Virus record (IMG/VR): IMGVR_UViG_3300012041_000001 | DNA: 64,000 nt | Source: an uncultured virus (IMG/VR IMGVR_UViG_3300012041_000001) | Taxonomy: Duplodnaviria > Heunggongvirae > Uroviricota > Caudoviricetes | Direction: 5' to 3' (one strand) | In this document: in pieces, positions 8,802 to 17,105 of the stretch | Numbering within the stretch: position 1 is the first letter of the stretch | How the letters are laid out: each line of letters begins with the position of its first letter | Made by a program: the position numbers and the translations under genes | Notes under the pieces: model-generated | What the model was told of the DNA's origin: nothing | The model's database searches: none | Seen by the model: the letters and a program-made list of their open reading frames with translations, nothing else

Positions 8802-10867
8802 TGGATTCAAATACAAATGCAAATAACGCTGCTGGCATTTATGCCAGTGGCTTTGCATTTGGTAGAAATCCCACTCTTGCAGTTTGTTGTACGTACCATA
8901 TATTTAGAGCATTAGATTATACTTCAACAACTAGTACTACAAAAAAACCTACTACTTCAACAACTAGTACTAGCTCTAGTACCAGTACCAGTACCAGTAC
9001 TACATTAGTACCAACTACTACTACAACAACCACTATATTAATAACCACTTCTACAACTACTACAGTACCAACAACTAGTACTACCACTACACCTATACCA
9101 ACAACAACTACAACAACTACTATAGCACCAACTACTACAACCACATCATCATCAACATCTACTACAACTAGTTCATCTACAACTACAACAACTACTACTA
9201 TAGCACCTACAACAACTACAACCACAACTGTACCACCTACTACTACTAGTACTACAACTCCTATACCTACCACCACTACTACTACCACTGTTGCTCCTAC
9301 TACTACAACAACAACTATAGCTCCAACAACAACTACAACAACCACACCTGTACCTACAACAACTACAACTACAACTCCAGAACCTACAACAACTACTACT
9401 ACTACTCCTGCGCCTACTACTACAACAACTACAACTGGTTTTCCATTTAATCTTTCTGTAGGTAATGCTTCACCAACTACTACATGTACTTTTACTACGT
9501 ATCCAAATCTAAGATATTCACGTACTGCACTTCCATTGATAAGTGGACAAATAATATATACAAACCCTGCATGTACTACTGTTATGAATGGTGCCGCTAA
9601 CTATTATAAAGAACAAATATCTCAAATTGCTTGGAGAGTAGGTAGTGGTGGAGCTCTTTCCCTTCCTAATGATTGTAATACAACAACAACTACAACTACA
9701 GCACCACCTACCACAACAACTACAACTACAGCACCTGTTTCAACTACTACAACTACTACAACACTAATTCTATTTACTTTCTTACCAGAAGATCCTAATC
9801 TTACTTATTTGGCAAGCAGAATTTATGATCCAATTGCAGACGTAACTTATATTTATGGAAACTTTACAGGATATAAAGATGCTGGAGTAGATAATTTTGA
9901 TACAGTTCGTTTAATAAAACTAGATACTGATTTACATGTACCTGGTGGTTTTGATACTGGTACTGGATTTAATAGTGATACTGACTTATTTTCTCAAATA
10001 TTAATTCATCCTGCTGATGGTAAACTAATTGTAACAGGAGCCTTTAGTAGTTATAATGGTAGTGGTATATCAGGAATTGCTAAAATAGATGTAGATGGAA
10101 CAGTTGATGGTCCTTTTAATGCTGGAGGAACAGGATTTGGTGGTTTTCCTGGAAAAATGGATATTGGTTATGATGGTACAATTCTTGTTCCAGGAAGTTT
10201 TGGCTCTTATAATGGTAATGCTTATCAAAACCTAATAGCAATAGACCCTTCTAGTGGATTACCTACTAGTGCTGTTTTTGGAGTACTTGATGGTGTTACA
10301 TTTAGTATAAGTGCTTCTAGAACTTTTGGAGATACTTATATGATTGTTACAGGATCTTTTGATAGTTATTATAGTAATTTTGGTTATGGTGGAATAAATA
10401 AAATAGATTATATTACTGGATTTTCAGATAGCTCTTTTAACTCTGGTGGAGATGGTTTTGCTCCTCTTGCTGCTGGTACTCCAAATTTTGTAGTAAGACT
10501 TAATGAAGACACTGATGGATCAATATATGTAGCAGGAAGTTTCACTACATACAATGGTGTTTCTGAACCTCGTATTATAAAATTAGATTCATTAGGGGCT
10601 AAAGTGGCTGCTGCTGTTTTTGATGCAGGAGGTGGGTTTAATCAAGCAGTGACTAATATTGAAGTTATCTGGGATAATAGACTCTTTATAGAGGGGCAAT
10701 TTTCCAATTATAATGGTACAGCATGCTATGGTTTGGTTATATTAAATTCTGATGGTACAATACTATATGCAGCACCTGTACCTTATTATACTCCTTTTAC
10801 AGTAGGAGACAATGTTTATGGTAGAACAGATGATGAAGGTTTACACATTATATTTACAAAACCATAA
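8801..10867 (+). CDS. Mucin-like Thr/Pro-rich stalk protein with C-terminal delta-60-type beta-propeller
   Basis: About 200 aa of PTTTTTTT repeats, then repeated blades (LIVTGAFSSYNG, IYVAGSFTTYNG, LFIEGQFSNYNG). Confidence 0.75.
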   Translation: MDSNTNANNAAGIYASGFAFGRNPTLAVCCTYHIFRALDYTSTTSTTKKPTTSTTSTSSSTSTSTSTTLVPTTTTTTTILITTSTTTTVPTTSTTTTPIPTTTTTTTIAPTTTTTSSSTSTTTSSSTTTTTTTIAPTTTTTTTVPPTTTSTTTPIPTTTTTTTVAPTTTTTTIAPTTTTTTTPVPTTTTTTTPEPTTTTTTTPAPTTTTTTTGFPFNLSVGNASPTTTCTFTTYPNLRYSRTALPLISGQIIYTNPACTTVMNGAANYYKEQISQIAWRVGSGGALSLPNDCNTTTTTTTAPPTTTTTTTAPVSTTTTTTTLILFTFLPEDPNLTYLASRIYDPIADVTYIYGNFTGYKDAGVDNFDTVRLIKLDTDLHVPGGFDTGTGFNSDTDLFSQILIHPADGKLIVTGAFSSYNGSGISGIAKIDVDGTVDGPFNAGGTGFGGFPGKMDIGYDGTILVPGSFGSYNGNAYQNLIAIDPSSGLPTSAVFGVLDGVTFSISASRTFGDTYMIVTGSFDSYYSNFGYGGINKIDYITGFSDSSFNSGGDGFAPLAAGTPNFVVRLNEDTDGSIYVAGSFTTYNGVSEPRIIKLDSLGAKVAAAVFDAGGGFNQAVTNIEVIWDNRLFIEGQFSNYNGTACYGLVILNSDGTILYAAPVPYYTPFTVGDNVYGRTDDEGLHIIFTKP
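8920..9763 (+). repeat. Low-complexity ACN (Thr) codon tracts in two blocks
   Basis: ACA/ACT/ACC runs punctuated by Pro codons at about 8920-9436 and 9679-9763. Confidence 0.9.
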
Positions 10868-11151
10868 TGGAAACAGTTAAGAAATTTTTTCCTGCAGTGC
10901 TACCAGAGAATGAAGCTGTTTACTTTGCTTCACTAAAGGGAGTGATTGAATCTGTTGATGAACTAAGCGCACTGGAAGTAGTGAAGACACCTAAAGCTTT
11001 TAACTTTAGACTCATACCAAGCTTACCTAAATATACTAACATGCTTATAGAAGAACTCATTAAGTTTCATAATATAATTGGTGTTAGATTAGATATGAGT
11101 AAGAGTATTAAAACTTCTGGCACTATTACTTTCGTAATTACTTTTAATTAA
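10867..11151 (+). CDS. Hypothetical protein
   Basis: 94-aa ORF coupled to the upstream gene by a TAATG overlap. Confidence 0.7.
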   Translation: METVKKFFPAVLPENEAVYFASLKGVIESVDELSALEVVKTPKAFNFRLIPSLPKYTNMLIEELIKFHNIIGVRLDMSKSIKTSGTITFVITFN

Positions 11152-11152
11152 T

Positions 11153-11160
11153 TAACTTTG
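11153..11160 (+). promoter_or_regulatory. Bacteroidota -7 promoter element (TAACTTTG)
   Basis: TAnnTTTG in the intergenic gap before ORF 11190. Confidence 0.5.
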
Positions 11161-11189
11161 TTAATTAAAAACCTTTAAAACCAACAACT

Positions 11190-11507
11190 ATGGCAACGTA
11201 TGATCCAAACAAGACGTACACATGGAGTCCTGAAACAAAGTTTCTGATCTCTGGGCAAGACTTTAGTCTTATGTTACACGCTGTTAGAGGGATTCTCTCT
11301 ACAAAAGAAGCGACCAACACAATTTTGTGTTATGAATTGAATAAAAAAATTGAGGCAATGCTAAGCGATGCTGTGACTGAAGGAAAGGTAATAGAAACCC
11401 CTCCTATGGAAGCAATGCAAGGTGGTGTTGAACCACAAGAGGTAACAGAAGCAACAGATTTAAAGTTACCAAAAGAAAAATTTAGAAAACCCACTGTGGT
11501 AAAGTAA
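11190..11507 (+). CDS. Hypothetical protein
   Basis: 105-aa ORF with an A-rich leader. Confidence 0.7.
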   Translation: MATYDPNKTYTWSPETKFLISGQDFSLMLHAVRGILSTKEATNTILCYELNKKIEAMLSDAVTEGKVIETPPMEAMQGGVEPQEVTEATDLKLPKEKFRKPTVVK

Positions 11508-11508
11508 A

Positions 11509-11682
11509 ATGAAACAAGTCCCCAAGGCTAAGGGAGGGTGGATAGCCAAAGCTGCAGCCTCTATTAAACGTAGAGGCACTAAAGGAAAGTGTACTCCTAT
11601 AACCAAACCAGGTTGTACAGGACGTGCTAAATCACTCGCCCTTACTTTTAAGAAAATAGCCAGAAAGAGAAAAAAGAAATGA
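11509..11682 (+). CDS. 57-aa basic protein (not in ORF track)
   Basis: MKQVPKAKGGWIAKAAASIKRRGTKGKCTPITKPGCTGRAKSLALTFKKIARKRKKK* fills the gap between its neighbours. Confidence 0.75.
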   Translation: MKQVPKAKGGWIAKAAASIKRRGTKGKCTPITKPGCTGRAKSLALTFKKIARKRKKK

Positions 11683-12176
11683 CAAAGAGTACCAACCCTA
11701 GAAATGCAGTTAGAAGAGCTAAACTTAGAGGAGTTACAGTATCTGAACTTATTCTTATCGAGCAAGAAGAACAGATAAAAATAGATCAAGGATTTAAATG
11801 GTGTAATTCTTGTAAAGCCTGGCTTTTAAATTCAGAGTTTGGAAAAGCTCATTCATATTGTAAGCAATGTTGTAGAGATAGAAGTAATGCAAAATATGAT
11901 CTCTCTAAACAAAGAGAAAGAATTTTACAAAAGAACTTTGGTATTACAAGTTTAGAATACAATCTAATGTTGGCTGATCAGAATCACAGTTGTTATATCT
12001 GTCACATACATGAAGATAAATTAGATAGATCTCTTGCTGTAGATCATGATCACAGCACAGGAAAAGTTAGAGGACTTCTTTGTGGAACTTGTAACAGATT
12101 TCTTGGTCAGATTAATGATGATGTACATACAGCTGAGAGGCTTGTAGAGTACTTAAAACAACATCAAAACCTTTAA
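11679..12176 (+). CDS. Endonuclease VII-family (His-Me) nuclease, probable free-standing homing endonuclease
   Basis: CxxC...LAVDHDHSTGKVRGLLCxxCN motif plus an N-terminal CxxC/CxxC zinc finger. Confidence 0.9.
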   Translation: MTKSTNPRNAVRRAKLRGVTVSELILIEQEEQIKIDQGFKWCNSCKAWLLNSEFGKAHSYCKQCCRDRSNAKYDLSKQRERILQKNFGITSLEYNLMLADQNHSCYICHIHEDKLDRSLAVDHDHSTGKVRGLLCGTCNRFLGQINDDVHTAERLVEYLKQHQNL

Positions 12177-12203
12177 AAAAATTGCTAAAAAAAGAAAAGG
12201 AAA

Positions 12204-12449
12204 ATGAAAAAAGTTGTTAAGAAAGCACAGAATGGTGCTAAGGCTACTAAAGATAGTACAGACTATTTTAATAAAGAAGCAAAGAAGAATTTTCAAAAAG
12301 CTTCTGATAGATATGGTTCACCAAGTCTTTCTAAGGAAGCCAGTAAATATAGTGACAAAGCTATATCAGCACAAAAATCTTCTTTAAGACAATCTAATAA
12401 AGGTAAACCAGGCTATGATAAGAATGGTTATCCTATTAAAAAGAAATAA
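12204..12449 (+). CDS. Small Lys-rich protein (KKAQNG N-terminus)
   Basis: 81 aa, highly basic. Confidence 0.7.
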   Translation: MKKVVKKAQNGAKATKDSTDYFNKEAKKNFQKASDRYGSPSLSKEASKYSDKAISAQKSSLRQSNKGKPGYDKNGYPIKKK

Positions 12450-12485
12450 AACTTTTAAAAAAATTGCACGTAACAGAAAGAAAAA

Positions 12486-12608
12486 ATGAAAGAGAAACCT
12501 AAATCAAAGAAAAAGAATACAGCTCCTGCGAGAGATGTGATTCCTGGGTATAGATTACCCACAATGAATGCTAAAAATGGTAGGAGATTAACCACTAAAA
12601 ATAAGTAA
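12486..12608 (+). CDS. 40-aa Lys-rich protein (not in ORF track)
   Basis: MKEKPKSKKKNTAPARDVIPGYRLPTMNAKNGRRLTTKNK*. Confidence 0.55.
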   Translation: MKEKPKSKKKNTAPARDVIPGYRLPTMNAKNGRRLTTKNK

Positions 12609-12610
12609 TC

Positions 12611-12940
12611 ATGAAGAAGATTAAGAAAGCTCAAGCTGGAACTAAAGAAACAGCAGCAGAACATGATGCTAAGGCAGCTGCATTCTGGAAAGGAGTTGGT
12701 AAAAAAGTGGGTGATACTAAATTAAAAGATGTTCCAGGAAAAACTGTGAAAGTTGTTAAAAATGTAGGTAGTAAATTAATAAATTCAGGTAAATTGGGAG
12801 AAGCAGCTGAAACTACAGCCAATCTTGTTACTGCAGGATACTATGGAAAAGCAAAAAGAGCTATGGGAATTAAAAAGAGTGGAGGTAAAATGTCCTATAA
12901 AGCTGGTGGTAAAATGAAAAAATGTAAAGGAGGTTGTTGA
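12611..12940 (+). CDS. Small Lys-rich protein with KxGG repeats
   Basis: Starts MKKIKKAQAG and ends KKSGG-YKAGG-CKGGC. Confidence 0.75.
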   Translation: MKKIKKAQAGTKETAAEHDAKAAAFWKGVGKKVGDTKLKDVPGKTVKVVKNVGSKLINSGKLGEAAETTANLVTAGYYGKAKRAMGIKKSGGKMSYKAGGKMKKCKGGC

Positions 12941-12944
12941 TATC

Positions 12945-13034
12945 ATGAAAGAGCTACTCACATTGCTATTCTTTCTTGTTGTAGCAGGTGCAGCATTGTA
13001 TTTTTTTAACCATAAAAACGATGATGAGAAATGA
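12945..13034 (+). CDS. 29-aa single-TM peptide (not in ORF track)
   Basis: MKELLTLLFFLVVAGAALYFFNHKNDDEK*, with an ATGA overlap into the next gene. Confidence 0.5.
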   Translation: MKELLTLLFFLVVAGAALYFFNHKNDDEK

Positions 13035-13369
13035 AAAAGATTAAGAAAGCCAAAAATGGTGATAAAGTTGTAAGAAAAACAGTTGTTGATAAAACTGCTG
13101 CAAGAAAACCTAATGCCCCTCTAGTCTTGAAGAGAGAGAATGAAGCAGATCTTACAGTACAAAGAAATGCAGCCAGAACTCATGACTATCACAGACAGTT
13201 AGATGTTGCTGCAGCAATGAAGTATCCTAAAGATGCAGACATGATGATGAAAGCTGCCAGAACTGATGATAGTTTAGCTACTGATGCTAAAAGAAAAGCT
13301 AGAGCACTTAAAGTTAAACCTAGATTTCCACAAAAAAAATCAGGTGGTAAAGTTAATAAAAAGAAATAA
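13031..13369 (+). CDS. Small Lys-rich protein (KKAKNG ... KKSGG)
   Basis: Paralogous termini to 12611..12940. Confidence 0.75.
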   Translation: MKKIKKAKNGDKVVRKTVVDKTAARKPNAPLVLKRENEADLTVQRNAARTHDYHRQLDVAAAMKYPKDADMMMKAARTDDSLATDAKRKARALKVKPRFPQKKSGGKVNKKK

Positions 13370-13506
13370 TGCAATCAGGTAAACCTAAAAAAGCTCCTAA
13401 AGTTTCCAAGTATGACTTGGATAAGAACTATATGAAGGAGCATGATAAAAATGTAAAGAAAAAAAATCCTATGTCTCCTATGAGTAAGAAGAGACTATCA
13501 AAATAA
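13369..13506 (+). CDS. 45-aa Lys-rich protein (not in ORF track)
   Basis: MQSGKPKKAPKVSK...KKRLSK*, coupled by TAATG. Confidence 0.6.
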   Translation: MQSGKPKKAPKVSKYDLDKNYMKEHDKNVKKKNPMSPMSKKRLSK

Positions 13507-13548
13507 ATTCTGTGTTTCGTGTTTTTCATGCTTTGAGTGTTTAAGAAG

Positions 13549-13577
13549 AAAAAGCCAGCTTAATTGCTGGCTTTTTT
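13549..13577. terminator. Bidirectional intrinsic terminator
   Basis: AAAAAGCCAGC-TTAATT-GCTGGCTTTTTT at the convergence of the + and - gene blocks. Confidence 0.9.
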
Positions 13578-13579
13578 GA

Positions 13580-14275
13580 TTATAGTTCATCTTTTACTTG
13601 CTTATAATAATCAGTTACAAAATGTGGATGTAATACTATGTCTCCTTTAGTATCATCAAGTATCTTATCTGCTGTCTCTAAAATTTTTTCATTTGTTTGT
13701 GTACCAAGCCCTGAGACATGGAATGTACCCATTCCCCATCTATATATCATGGTATAATGTATAGGTGTTGTATATATCTTGGAGTTATGACCAAAAGTAA
13801 TATCACTATCCTCTCCTGAGGACGTGTTAGGAAAAGTAATTCTATCCAAGTATTGTTTTGTATAAACATTCCCATTGTTAACACTGCCTGCTATACCATC
13901 ATATTTATTGTTAGTAAACATATACATACCCTGACTCCTGTAAATATCAAACCCTGGATGATTCAGTATATCCCCTTTGGTCTGTCTGAGGGCATAAGGC
14001 ATCAGTAAATCATCATCATCTAACCTATAGATATAATCATTTTTACATTGCTTATATCCCCACTCAAGCTTGGCTGATATAGAAGGAAACCTGGTCTTGT
14101 GATTTATAATGACTACCTGTGGGTGATCATAGATATAATCCACCTCAGGATTATCATTGATAACAACCATTTCACAATCTGTAAGATCGTCCTGAGATAG
14201 GAAGGATTGTATTGCTTCTTCAAGGAGGTGATGTCTTTTGTAAGTTAATGTTAATACACTAATCATAATTTCCAT
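13580..14275 (-). CDS. Glycosyltransferase family 2
   Basis: ISVLTLTYKR...EAIQSFLSQ...VVINDN...YRLDDDD, the classic GT2 N-terminal fold. Confidence 0.9.
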   Translation of the reverse strand: MEIMISVLTLTYKRHHLLEEAIQSFLSQDDLTDCEMVVINDNPEVDYIYDHPQVVIINHKTRFPSISAKLEWGYKQCKNDYIYRLDDDDLLMPYALRQTKGDILNHPGFDIYRSQGMYMFTNNKYDGIAGSVNNGNVYTKQYLDRITFPNTSSGEDSDITFGHNSKIYTTPIHYTMIYRWGMGTFHVSGLGTQTNEKILETADKILDDTKGDIVLHPHFVTDYYKQVKDEL

Positions 14276-14906
14276 TTTTTAGTTTCTTATTCCAAGTAGA
14301 TCCAGGTTCCCAAGATGCTAAGGTATCATGTTTAAAACAATCGTTTTCCATATCTTTCCAATTAACTACTTGTAAATTAATATCATTTAATTCTTCTCTA
14401 AGTGCATCAACTGTTGATGTATTAGGATGAAGTCCAAGATATTTACAGATCACTTCACTCCACCAATTTGGACCAATCCATTGACCCTCATGAATTATAT
14501 TATCAATCATATTTCCTAAAAGGAAATGGTCTTTCTTAAAACCAAATATACCATTTGATAGTGCAGTCATTTTATAAGCATCACTATAAATAATGAAACC
14601 ATCATGGTGTTCGTGTGCTATAACATCTGAATGAAATCCATTTATCATTTTAAAGTCAGCATCTAAATAGATTCCTCCAAATTTATAAACTACATACATT
14701 CGTAACAAATCTGCCTTGATTGCTGGCTCTTTATAACTATCATATATTCTTTTAAGATTTTCTGGTAGCTCAGGTAGGTTATCATCAGTCCATAGATAGT
14801 AATTGAAATCTTTATGATGTTCCTTTATCTCATCCATATAATTTTTTATATGCTTTGGTATTCTAGTATCACTTACCCAAATCTGATGTATGTTTTTTTC
14901 TATCAT
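14259..14906 (-). CDS. Glycosyltransferase, GT32 / Och1-like DxD sugar-binding family
   Basis: IHQIW, ADLLRMYVVYKFGGIYLDADF and IGP motifs. Confidence 0.9.
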   Translation of the reverse strand: MIEKNIHQIWVSDTRIPKHIKNYMDEIKEHHKDFNYYLWTDDNLPELPENLKRIYDSYKEPAIKADLLRMYVVYKFGGIYLDADFKMINGFHSDVIAHEHHDGFIIYSDAYKMTALSNGIFGFKKDHFLLGNMIDNIIHEGQWIGPNWWSEVICKYLGLHPNTSTVDALREELNDINLQVVNWKDMENDCFKHDTLASWEPGSTWNKKLKNGNYD

Positions 14907-15528
14907 TTACTTTATATATAAAATGTAGATTAGTTTTAATTACATCCTCAGTATACTCAGATATAACTTCGTTATCTATATACTTATCAATTACATTTCG
15001 TATGTTACCATAGTTATAATCATCAAAAACAACAACTCCATCTTTTGTAAGTAGTTCTTGTGTAAAAGTAAAATCATTTTCAACAGTTGTAGTATCATGA
15101 CCTCCATCAATATGAATCAAATCAAATGTATGTAATTCATTAGAAGCTACGTACTGTCTTAATGTTAGATTACTATCACCATATATCTCTGTTATCTTTG
15201 TATTTGGATATGCATTTTTAATATACTCTATACATGGTTTAGTATATGCATGACCATTCAAATCAAAAATCAAATACTCTGCTTCAGGATTAGTGCTGAC
15301 CATAAGTAATAAACTATGGCCAGCATTAACTCCTATTTCACATATTTTTGATTTGTTTTCAGACAGTTTTAGTAGATTGTATATCTTACTTTCGTTTATA
15401 ACATCTGTAAAGTTATCAGATGATACATCGCATATCAAATTACCTTCTACTCTTTCTCCAATTCTATCTAATATGTCAGCTATATTAGATATGTGGACTT
15501 TAACTTCTTGTTTTATTAAATCAATCAT
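14869..15528 (-). CDS. Class I SAM-dependent methyltransferase (Methyltransf_24-like)
   Basis: CEIGVNAGHS, FDLIHIDGGH and VVFDDY motifs. Confidence 0.85.
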   Translation of the reverse strand: MIDLIKQEVKVHISNIADILDRIGERVEGNLICDVSSDNFTDVINESKIYNLLKLSENKSKICEIGVNAGHSLLLMVSTNPEAEYLIFDLNGHAYTKPCIEYIKNAYPNTKITEIYGDSNLTLRQYVASNELHTFDLIHIDGGHDTTTVENDFTFTQELLTKDGVVVFDDYNYGNIRNVIDKYIDNEVISEYTEDVIKTNLHFIYKVNDRKKHTSDLGK

Positions 15529-15529
15529 A

Positions 15530-15820
15530 TTACCATATGTGTGCTATGTCATCAATACTTATTAGAATGACATCTTTATCCTCTGATAAAGGAATCTTCA
15601 TTACTCTGCTAACTGAACCAGGGTCAATCATAACCTCATCTCCCTCGCTCAGTTCATCAGTTACACCACTACCTACAGCATAGACTACTAGTCTGCCATA
15701 TTTTCTCATCCTTTCTTTCTCTTTGAAAGCTTTAGTCTCTTCATCCAGGATGATAGAACTGTTTTCTTCCTCAGGGAGCTCGAGATATACTCTACGCCCC
15801 AGCAGTTTCTTGAACTCCAT
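15530..15820 (-). CDS. Co-chaperonin GroES-like protein
   Basis: LLGRRVYL...SSIIL...VVYAVGSG...SEGDEVMI...DIAHI, 96 aa. Confidence 0.75.
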   Translation of the reverse strand: MEFKKLLGRRVYLELPEEENSSIILDEETKAFKEKERMRKYGRLVVYAVGSGVTDELSEGDEVMIDPGSVSRVMKIPLSEDKDVILISIDDIAHIW

Positions 15821-16172
15821 CTTTTACAGGTATTGAATTATGTGCTACTAATGGTTCATCTACTGAAGCGCATCTATAGAAACGCTCTCCATCTTCCTTA
15901 GACAGGTAGATTTCTGATTGATACGTATCTCTCTTACGTGTTACTCCAGATACCTTATTGTTTCTGGGGTTAATGTTAGGAGTTTCCTGTGTTCTCTCGT
16001 GTATGTCATTCAACAACACTAATACTGAGCCATCAGCCATCTCAACGCTTCTGATTACAGCATTTAAATTGAAACTATCTCTCTTGTATGAGTAGATAGG
16101 TTCTTCATTTGGTCGAGAGGGAGCCCCATTGGCTACAACCTCACGTCTCGTGTAGAAAAATTGTGTTCTCAT
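15792..16172 (-). CDS. Hypothetical protein
   Basis: 126-aa ORF in the operon. Confidence 0.7.
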   Translation of the reverse strand: MRTQFFYTRREVVANGAPSRPNEEPIYSYKRDSFNLNAVIRSVEMADGSVLVLLNDIHERTQETPNINPRNNKVSGVTRKRDTYQSEIYLSKEDGERFYRCASVDEPLVAHNSIPVKDGVQETAGA

Positions 16173-16183
16173 TGGTTTTTGTT

Positions 16184-16408
16184 TTAAGCTTTTATAAAAT
16201 CTAAGTAATATTCTTGTCCAACTTCAAAATGGTCTTCTCTGATAGTTGACATTTCAATAACTCCTCCTGGAGTTGCAGCAAAGAATTCTTTATTTTCTTC
16301 ACTACCATTTGTTACAACATTGAATTTTGCTGAATATAGTATAGGATGTCCTCCCCAACCAACTCTTTTAGCTACTTCTATACATTGGAATTTTGCTCTT
16401 GTACTCAT
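16184..16408 (-). CDS. Hypothetical protein
   Basis: 74-aa ORF in the operon. Confidence 0.7.
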   Translation of the reverse strand: MSTRAKFQCIEVAKRVGWGGHPILYSAKFNVVTNGSEENKEFFAATPGGVIEMSTIREDHFEVGQEYYLDFIKA

Positions 16409-16426
16409 TTTTAAATAATTTAATTG

Positions 16427-17101
16427 TTAATATTCTAGTTTATAAATACTTGTTATTTTTTTACCAGCTCTATTACTTTTTAGCCTTGTAATAGTTGGTA
16501 AAGACAAAGGAGAAATTGTAGATAGTTCCATTAAAGAATTGCTCTCCCAAGATTCATTAGTTAACAAATTAACTAACTTACATTTAATTCTAATTGGAGA
16601 TATTTTTCCTAGATTTATCTGTCTTAATTTCTCTTTTGTTACTTCTGATAATACTTTACCAGTATGTGCCTCACTTAATCTTTTTTTAAAAGCTTCTGAA
16701 CGTTTTTTCCCTGTTGTTGCTAGAATTCTTTTCTCAATAGTTTCTTTAGAATGTTTTCTACCTAATTGAGAGTTTCTCATTTTAGTTCTAGTTTCTTCTG
16801 AAAAATTAATTCCACTAAGACCATCTCCCCCTAGAGTACAGTTTAAACCTTTAGTATAACTATTATTTTCTTTTATATGGTATTTTTCTAATATATCTAA
16901 GTTATCATCAAAAACAAGGATTGTTTCTATTGTTTCAAATACATGATTTTGCCAACCATACTTTAATAAAGAGGCATATAATCTTGTCTGATTTTTACAG
17001 TTTAAGTATTTATATTTACTCATTCTTGTTTCCAGATCAATTGTCTTCCCAATATAAACTTTACCACTTGGGTTTGTTATTTTATAGATATATCCTACCA
17101 T
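16427..17101 (-). CDS. GIY-YIG homing endonuclease with NUMOD3-type repeats
   Basis: GYIYKITN..GKVYIGKT, and SEETRTKM / HSKETIEK / SEVTKEKL repeats. Start moved to MVGYIY (17101) to avoid overlapping phoH. Confidence 0.9.
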   Translation of the reverse strand: MVGYIYKITNPSGKVYIGKTIDLETRMSKYKYLNCKNQTRLYASLLKYGWQNHVFETIETILVFDDNLDILEKYHIKENNSYTKGLNCTLGGDGLSGINFSEETRTKMRNSQLGRKHSKETIEKRILATTGKKRSEAFKKRLSEAHTGKVLSEVTKEKLRQINLGKISPIRIKCKLVNLLTNESWESNSLMELSTISPLSLPTITRLKSNRAGKKITSIYKLEY

Positions 17102-17105
17102 AATA

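Larger units (their letters stand above)
11641..12489 (+). repeat. Three diverged 42-bp copies encoding (L/K)TFKKIAxxRKxK*
   Basis: Copies at 11641-11682, 12166-12207 and 12448-12489. Each ends in an ATGA that starts the next gene. Confidence 0.85.

Noticed and set aside
8917..9345. Poly-Val ORF on the - strand (also 8169..8372)
   Set aside because: It is the antisense shadow of the ACN Thr tracts.
2..10867. Diversity-generating retroelement acting on fibre tips
   Set aside because: No reverse transcriptase and no adenine-variable TR/VR pair noticed in this window.
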